Source: Dehalococcoidia bacterium
Lineage (GTDB): Bacteria > Chloroflexota > Dehalococcoidia > UBA6926
Reading direction: 5' to 3'
Length of the DNA stretch: 64,000 nt
NCBI GenBank assembly: GCA_965243495.1
Contig: CBDEUZ010000007.1
Span: 295,743 to 359,742, forward strand
In this document: positions 61,598 through 64,000 of the stretch, piece after piece
Position numbering within the stretch: position 1 is the first letter of the stretch
Layout: each line of letters begins with the position of its first letter
Notes under the pieces: generated by a model
The model's input: only the letters and a program-made list of their open reading frames with translations
Database searches by the model: none
Told to the model about the DNA's origin: nothing
Program-made: the position numbers and the translations under genes

Positions 61598-63640
61598 GTG
61601 ATGTTGTTTGAACTTTCAGACGACCTGCTGAAGCGGCACCCAACGTATGTTGTGGGCGTCGTATTCGTGCGTGGCGCGGCCAAGCCCTCCCAAGAAAACG
61701 TCAGCGCACTCCAACGCGCGCTGCAGGAGGCGGCACAGGCTGTGCCCTGGAAGCTTGGCGGGGCCGGGTTGCACGGCCATCCGGCAATTACTCGTTGGGA
61801 GCAGGCCTTTGAGGCAGAGGGAATCAACCCGCGAACTCATATGCCGTCGATCGCGGCCCTCGCCCAGCGGTGCCTGCGCGGCGACTATATTCGGTTAATC
61901 AACACTGCGACAGATATTGCCAACCTTATTTCTTTGAGACACCTCGTCCCCGTCGGAGCGCATGATGTAGATCGGCTGCCGGGAGACATTGCTGTGCGCT
62001 TGAGCACCGAAGGGGACACGTACACGGGTTCCGCTGATGATGAAACCGAAGAACTACCCTCCGGCGAACCCGTGTACGCAACGGGTAGCGATATTCGGAC
62101 CCGTCGCTGGGTATGGCGGCAGGCTGAAGCGGCCATGACGACGCCGGAGAGCAGCACGATCGTCTATCCGGTCGACGGCTTCATGGACGGAACTGCTGAC
62201 CGCGTGGAAACGGCGACCCAGGAGCTGGCGCTGTTAGCCAAGGCTGCCCTGGGCGGAGATGTTTCTTACGGCTATGTGAGCGTCGACAATCCTTCGCTTC
62301 CTGAGGATGATGCTTCGCTGACCCAGGTGAATGAAGTTGAGGCGGCCACTGCCCTGCTATTATCCCTCGGGTCAGCAGATGAAGGCGCCGAATCATACCC
62401 ATCCCCGCCTGCGGATGAGGCGCTCGCCAAATGGTCGCTATCTGATCTACTCCGCCGGGGAATCCTGGACGGCGTGATTGTTGAAGAAGAACTGCAGAAG
62501 GACCTCGATTCTGACCGGCGTCTCACCATCTACGAGGGGTTTGATCCGACAAGCACCAGCCTTCACATCGGCCACTATCTTTCGTTGCGCGTCTTGCGAT
62601 GGTTCCAGTTGCAGGGCCACCGCGTAATCATGCTGTTCGGTGACTTCACTGCCCGCATCGGCGATCCAACAGGCCAATCAGCGGAACGCCAACAACTCAC
62701 GCAAGACCAGGTGCTCGCCAACGCCCAGGAGTGGCAGGCGCAGGTATCACATGTGCTCGACCTGGGTGGAGACAACCCCGTTGAAATCAAGTGGAATGGT
62801 GAATGGCTGGACCGGCTCACACTGCGAGACATGATCGAAATCTCGGCGAACATGACGGTACAACAGCTCATAGAACGGGACATGTTCCAGGAACGACTCT
62901 CACAGCAACGTCCCCTCCATCTACATGAGACGCTTTACCCGCTGCTGCAGGGTTACGACTCTGTGGCGATGAGCGTAGACGCAGAGCTTGGCGGTCGTGA
63001 CCAAATGTTCAATATGATGGTCGGGCGAGACCTTGTACGGAATTACAGTGGCAAGACGAAGCATGTGCTGATGACGCCGCTCATCCCGGGTCTCGATGGC
63101 CGCAAGATGAGCAAGTCATATGGGAACACGGTCGACCTCACCGAGAATTCTGTCGACATGTTCTTCAAACTGACACAGGTGAGCGATGAATTGCTGCCGA
63201 TGTTTATGAGCGTTCTCACGGACACGCCGGACGAGGAGATCGAAGAGATTCGCCTCCGCCTGTCATCTGAGTCCAATCTGCAGGACGCCCGGGAGCGTTT
63301 CGCATGGGCCGTCACAGAGCGCTTGCACGGCGCCGATGAAGCGCAACGAGCGCAGGCAGAATTCACACGTGTGGTGGATGAAGGCAACATGCGACAAGAC
63401 GTGGAGGAGGTATTCCTGAAACCCCCGACGGAGCCTCTGACCATTCTGGACGTTGCAGTGGCGACAGGCCTGGCTACGAGCCGGGGCGATGCACGCCGCC
63501 TCATCCAGCAAGGTGGTCTTGAGATAAACGACCGCCGCCACACCGAGCCCACGCTGCAGCTCTCGCCGGAGGACGTGGAAGGAGCAATCGTCAAGATGGG
63601 CAAGCGCGGATTCGTGCGGATGAAGGTGGATCGCGCATGA
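61598..63640 (+). CDS. tyrS: tyrosine--tRNA ligase fused to an N-terminal solo-B3/4 (PheT editing-like, COG3382-type) domain
   Basis: 680 aa in one frame. Residues ~290-680 are TyrRS (HIGH = LHIGHY, KMSKS = KMSKSYGN, C-terminal S4-like). Residues 1-~270 match B3/4-domain motifs (HMPSIAALAQRCLRG..INTATDIANLISLRHLVPVGAHDVDRLPGDIAVRLSTEGDTYT ... GEPVYATGSDIRTRRWVWRQAE). No candidate start codon separates the two parts. Confidence 0.85.
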   Translation: MMLFELSDDLLKRHPTYVVGVVFVRGAAKPSQENVSALQRALQEAAQAVPWKLGGAGLHGHPAITRWEQAFEAEGINPRTHMPSIAALAQRCLRGDYIRLINTATDIANLISLRHLVPVGAHDVDRLPGDIAVRLSTEGDTYTGSADDETEELPSGEPVYATGSDIRTRRWVWRQAEAAMTTPESSTIVYPVDGFMDGTADRVETATQELALLAKAALGGDVSYGYVSVDNPSLPEDDASLTQVNEVEAATALLLSLGSADEGAESYPSPPADEALAKWSLSDLLRRGILDGVIVEEELQKDLDSDRRLTIYEGFDPTSTSLHIGHYLSLRVLRWFQLQGHRVIMLFGDFTARIGDPTGQSAERQQLTQDQVLANAQEWQAQVSHVLDLGGDNPVEIKWNGEWLDRLTLRDMIEISANMTVQQLIERDMFQERLSQQRPLHLHETLYPLLQGYDSVAMSVDAELGGRDQMFNMMVGRDLVRNYSGKTKHVLMTPLIPGLDGRKMSKSYGNTVDLTENSVDMFFKLTQVSDELLPMFMSVLTDTPDEEIEEIRLRLSSESNLQDARERFAWAVTERLHGADEAQRAQAEFTRVVDEGNMRQDVEEVFLKPPTEPLTILDVAVATGLATSRGDARRLIQQGGLEINDRRHTEPTLQLSPEDVEGAIVKMGKRGFVRMKVDRA

Positions 63641-64000
63641 GTTTCGATAGACCGACGGTCGGATTTCTCCAGCCGGAGGCGACCTTCACCCACCTCGCGG
63701 CCATCGCTCACTTTGGCCGGGACGCCATCTTCGAACCGATGGAGTCGGAGGCAATCTGCCAGGCCGTTCAGCAGGGTGAGATTGAATACGGCGTACTGCC
63801 TATCGAGAACCTGCTTGAAGGGACCGTAGGAGCGACGCTGGACTTCGTGACGGCGACGGAGGGTATCAATGTGGTGGCTGAAGTCTTCTTGCCCATTCAC
63901 CACCACCTGCTGACCAAGACATCACTGGAACAGGTAACACGCATCTACTCACATCCGCAGGCATTGAGCCAGTGCCGGCGGAGCATCCGGCGCTTGTCGG
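63637..64000 (+). CDS. pheA: prephenate dehydratase (N-terminal part, continues past the window end)
   Basis: The ATG overlaps the tyrS TGA (ATGA). PDT N-terminal motif VGFLQPEATFTHLAA. Confidence 0.85.
   Translation, partial: MSFDRPTVGFLQPEATFTHLAAIAHFGRDAIFEPMESEAICQAVQQGEIEYGVLPIENLLEGTVGATLDFVTATEGINVVAEVFLPIHHHLLTKTSLEQVTRIYSHPQALSQCRRSIRRLS

Noticed and set aside
63043-63906. 287-aa ORF on the minus strand
   Set aside because: It is antisense to the well-supported tyrS and pheA. The product is Arg/Ser-rich low complexity typical of GC-rich antisense frames.

Overview
This is a 64 kb, GC-rich (~62%), gene-dense stretch of bacterial chromosome, almost all housekeeping genes. The lineage is uncertain; the repeat families and gene content would fit a Chloroflexota-like organism. 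All calls below come from reading the supplied ORF translations and the raw sequence by eye, with no database searches. Features on the minus strand include tsaE-tsaB, a marR plus two MFS genes operon, clpX-clpP-tig, aspS, rpoD and rplL-rplJ-rplA-rplK-nusG-secE-rpmG-tuf preceded by two tRNA-Thr genes. They also include larC-larE, radA-clpC and rpsA. Features on the plus strand include ndk, mnmA, rnhB, two tRNA-Ser genes, dprA-topA-xerC/D-like, aroQ-pepP-efp and a second tandem MFS pair. Four things stand out. (1) A locus themed around tyrosine: a sigma70-like promoter, a 24-codon leader peptide rich in Tyr/Phe (MIGAGYRYYDFSYPLRGGLPASLV) and a GC-rich terminator/antiterminator. These lie upstream of a DAHP synthase, tRNA-Tyr, a TyrRS carrying an N-terminal B3/4 (PheT-editing-like) domain, and pheA. 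(2) A Bcp/PrxQ peroxiredoxin whose peroxidatic Cys codon is an in-frame TGA followed 14 nt later by an 8-bp hairpin. This is a candidate selenoprotein with a SECIS element. It sits next to a Ni-SOD pair (sodN with its N-terminal Ni-hook leader, and the SodX maturation protease). (3) A lipoprotein built of four tandem sCache_2-like sensor domains with no output domain, divergent from a permease. (4) A 1.2 kb array of composite palindromic repeats (33660..34857) whose sub-modules are scattered through the window's intergenic regions. Smaller items are a collagen-like (18 x G-X-Y) lipoprotein, acidic insertions in trigger factor, and a 116-bp convergent overlap between plsY and a flippase-like gene.
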